A stretch of 64,000 bases of DNA, taken from Coniocarpon cinnabarinum. Lineage: Eukaryota. The stretch lies in contig JAVECO010000009.1 of the NCBI GenBank assembly GCA_051942205.1, positions 124,001 through 188,000 on the forward strand, given 5' to 3'. Of this stretch, positions 61,386 through 64,000 are shown one piece after another; positions within the stretch are counted from its first letter, which is position 1; every line of letters starts with the position of its first letter. The translations under genes were made by a program, and so were the position numbers. Below the pieces are notes generated by a model. The model worked only from the letters and a program-made list of their open reading frames with translations. It did not search any database and was not told the origin of the DNA.

Positions 61386-62325
61386 TTGCAGAGACGACGT
61401 CACAGCGAAGATCAAGACATTGAATGAAGCGCACTTCTCCAAAGAAACGTAACATGTATTGCGCAGCCTGTTGAGGCATCACATTTCAGTGGCAAAGACA
61501 TTAGATTTTGGTTAATCCCTTTCGAAAGCTGTGTGGTCTGCGTAATCGATGATGAATGCGCAGCTGTTCACGACGTCCGGCTTCGAGAGCCAATTCGAAA
61601 CGACTTGTGGTAATAGTCTCCCGTTGTGAGACAAAGCGACTGATCTTATGTACTTGGTCGCAAACTGCTTGACGGTCCTTGAGCATATCAGCATATACTA
61701 TGCGCCCATAGATGAGCACGTCAGGGGGCACCTCAGAGTACAACACGAGGCGCATTGAAGTTTCAGCGTTCGACCCAGATCTGCGTGAACGCTGCCATCT
61801 CAGCCTGTGCGACGCATTTCTCTGTGAAGGACTGTCAAGTTCAGCGTAATCTGCAAGCTTACCAAGAGATGACTTGCAGAGTGTCGCGAGACAGCAAAGC
61901 TGGCAAAACATGGGAAGTCAAAACATCCAATGACGGTTTGCACATCAAGCGCCTTCACTACTTCACGGCAGTATGAACAAAGAAGACTCGTTGACTTTCA
62001 GAACAGGCTGACATTGTTGCTCTGTGCCAACAATGGCTTTCAAAGCCATCAAGGTTGCTTTGTTCGCCTCTACTATTCTTCCAGTCTCTGTACTGTGCAG
62101 CTTCTCTCTCATCAGTTCCCTCCCCACCTTCGTTTCAGTTCTCACATTGTGTGGAGGATACACGCAGCTGTCTTCCAGCGCGCAGGTCGCTTTCTGCGTT
62201 CTTCCTTTCTGTTTCATTGTAAATTTCATCCAAGTCAAGTTACATTAGCACAAGCGTTTCATCACGTAAGACGCCGTGCGTCAGCAATTTCAAGCTTTTC
62301 AACGCCATTGGAAACATTCGTCACA

Positions 62326-64000
62326 ATGTCATACGCGAAAGCTGATCCTCAGTTTTCATACTACACCATACCACCAAAACCAACGGCTGATCACGGGCCC
62401 AAGCAGATACCTTCTGAACCAACTAAGCCGCATATGGGGGTTAGTCATGAACATCGTCCGCAACGCCATCAAAACCCCTACGCAGACCGACGGAGCCATC
62501 ATGCGGAGTACTCACCTTTCCCACTAGAATACAAGACGCGACAGCCCACACCTGAAGTTCAACCGTTCAGCCAAGACAAAATCAAAATACCCTACAGCAC
62601 TTACCAGCGAGCCGGGCCACATAATGAGCGTCGTCCTGCCAATCATACTTCCGACGCGCACGACCCGTATACCAGAGAGCAAATGGCCCAGTTGAAGGCC
62701 GACCATGCTGCGTTGCGTGCCGAGAGGCAATCTCGACCATCGAGAGGTCGCTCGCCGACTCGTCATGCTGGCAGCTCTGAAGATGATAGTCGCAAACGCA
62801 GCGGAAGCTTGACACGTTTCAAGAATTGGCTGGAGAGGAAGCTTACCGGCAGTGAATCAGGCCGAGTGGCACACCCTCCGGCAAGTGCTTCGTCCAGTGC
62901 ACGCCCATCAACAGCTAACAGTCAAGCTTCTAGCAAAACCTCATCATCTAAGTTTGGCTCGCACGATTCGAAGAACAGCACTGACGCTAGTTCGATCGCC
63001 ACTGGAAACAGCAGCCATTCGGCAAAGAAAAGCAACACAGCACAGACAACTGGCCAGGTCAACGTGCAACGCCTGCAGGAGCCTCAGCCTGCTTATGTTT
63101 ACGGATCTGATAATCGCAACACTACTTGGTCGAACTTTGTCAATCCTGTCCACCACAAAGCACCACGGACCAACACCGGTAACCCACCGCCAATCCCTTC
63201 TCGACCCACCGATTACGTCCCAACCCCCTTACCTGGAAACCCGAATGCTTTCAGTGCCTCGACGACCGATTTGACCTCTAAAGTTCCTGCACGCAAGCCC
63301 GTTCCCAGTGCTCATCCACCAGCAAAACCTCTACCTTCATCTACGCAAGTGAGTACGCACCCCACGGCCAACCTTGCACCGACTACGAAGCATTCAAAGA
63401 AGCCATCTCTGCTTCAGCAAGTCTCGCATGGTTTACATCGCAGAGACTCTAACGACTCTGATTTCTCATTCGCATGTGCAGGTATCGACGATGAGGCCTA
63501 CAAGCCTTCTTCTCGGAAGCGACAGGAGATAATCTCACGAACTGCGGAGAAGCGACAGGCCGCTCGAGATTCAGACGATAGCGCTAAAATGGACACCGTG
63601 TTCAATGAAGCACAGCGCAAGTATGCAAAGGACGCCGACGAGCGATTGGAGAAGCGCATCCGTGACAGCATTGCTCGCGGGCGTGCTGAGACACCTAGAT
63701 GCGTCGTTTGTGACGTCGACAAGCCCATGGCTGAGAAAGACGTCTGTGTGCTGTGTTTCGACAAGTATCCGGGACTGGTGGAGAAGTATACAAGCGTGGT
63801 CATTGACCAGGACATCTCGTCACTAACCGGTCCATTTCGACCTCAGAGCACGTCAGACACAGACGTCAAAGTCGACTTGACGAGCTACACCGGCCCGTTT
63901 GCTCGTCCTCCTTCCAGCATTTACCCCACTGCTCGTCCGGACAGCGGATACACGAGCGGCAATCCATACTCCGAGGACAGGGAGAAAGTGTTGCCGCCTA
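62326..64000 (+). CDS. Hypothetical S/P-rich protein (>558 aa, truncated by the window end) with a CxxC-x11-CxxC motif
   Basis: A stop-free frame from ATG 62326 (MSYAKADPQFSYYTIPP..) to the window end; absent from the ORF track because it has no stop. Contains CVVCDVDKPMAEKDVCVLC. Confidence 0.75.
   Translation, partial: MSYAKADPQFSYYTIPPKPTADHGPKQIPSEPTKPHMGVSHEHRPQRHQNPYADRRSHHAEYSPFPLEYKTRQPTPEVQPFSQDKIKIPYSTYQRAGPHNERRPANHTSDAHDPYTREQMAQLKADHAALRAERQSRPSRGRSPTRHAGSSEDDSRKRSGSLTRFKNWLERKLTGSESGRVAHPPASASSSARPSTANSQASSKTSSSKFGSHDSKNSTDASSIATGNSSHSAKKSNTAQTTGQVNVQRLQEPQPAYVYGSDNRNTTWSNFVNPVHHKAPRTNTGNPPPIPSRPTDYVPTPLPGNPNAFSASTTDLTSKVPARKPVPSAHPPAKPLPSSTQVSTHPTANLAPTTKHSKKPSLLQQVSHGLHRRDSNDSDFSFACAGIDDEAYKPSSRKRQEIISRTAEKRQAARDSDDSAKMDTVFNEAQRKYAKDADERLEKRIRDSIARGRAETPRCVVCDVDKPMAEKDVCVLCFDKYPGLVEKYTSVVIDQDISSLTGPFRPQSTSDTDVKVDLTSYTGPFARPPSSIYPTARPDSGYTSGNPYSEDREKVLPP

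Noticed and set aside
56182..61442. ORFs of 100-280 aa through the repeat arrays (SYHS-, HIIP-, FLIS-, MRND-repeat peptides)
   Set aside because: They are open in several frames at once simply because the 12-bp unit has few stop codons on one strand. There is no independent coding evidence.
61501..62248. 136-aa and 91-aa minus-strand ORFs after array E
   Set aside because: No recognisable domain or clear gene structure; cannot be supported without a search.

Overview
Gene-dense nuclear DNA from a filamentous ascomycete (Pezizomycotina-type GT..CTRAC..YAG introns, mostly 50-110 nt). About 23 protein-coding genes are supported after hand-splicing. Most are housekeeping or core genes: ArfGAP-UBA, RAM2, MCM7, PEX1, SWIB/DEK-C, RRP9, a P450, an Ish1-type microprotein, ILM1, YTM1, PRT1/eIF3b, PRE1, a Zn2Cys6 factor, a C2-domain protein, CHA1, ERG12, STE24, an Rpa14-like protein, mitochondrial L34 and MSM1. 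There are two accessory-looking regions. The first (about 21-31 kb) holds an intact OrsA-like non-reducing PKS (SAT-KS-AT-PT-ACP-ACP-TE) beside an enoyl-reductase-like dehydrogenase, with no other ors genes visible. The second (about 56.3-61.4 kb) is a nested foldback structure of five degenerate tandem arrays in both orientations, all built on an ATCATT core and carrying repeated GTCACATGAC (E-box/CDEI-like) sites. The best ncRNA candidate is a roughly 220-nt multi-hairpin element closed by a terminal stem inside the unusually long (344 nt) first intron of YTM1. All family assignments come from recalled motifs and manual translation; no database searches were run.
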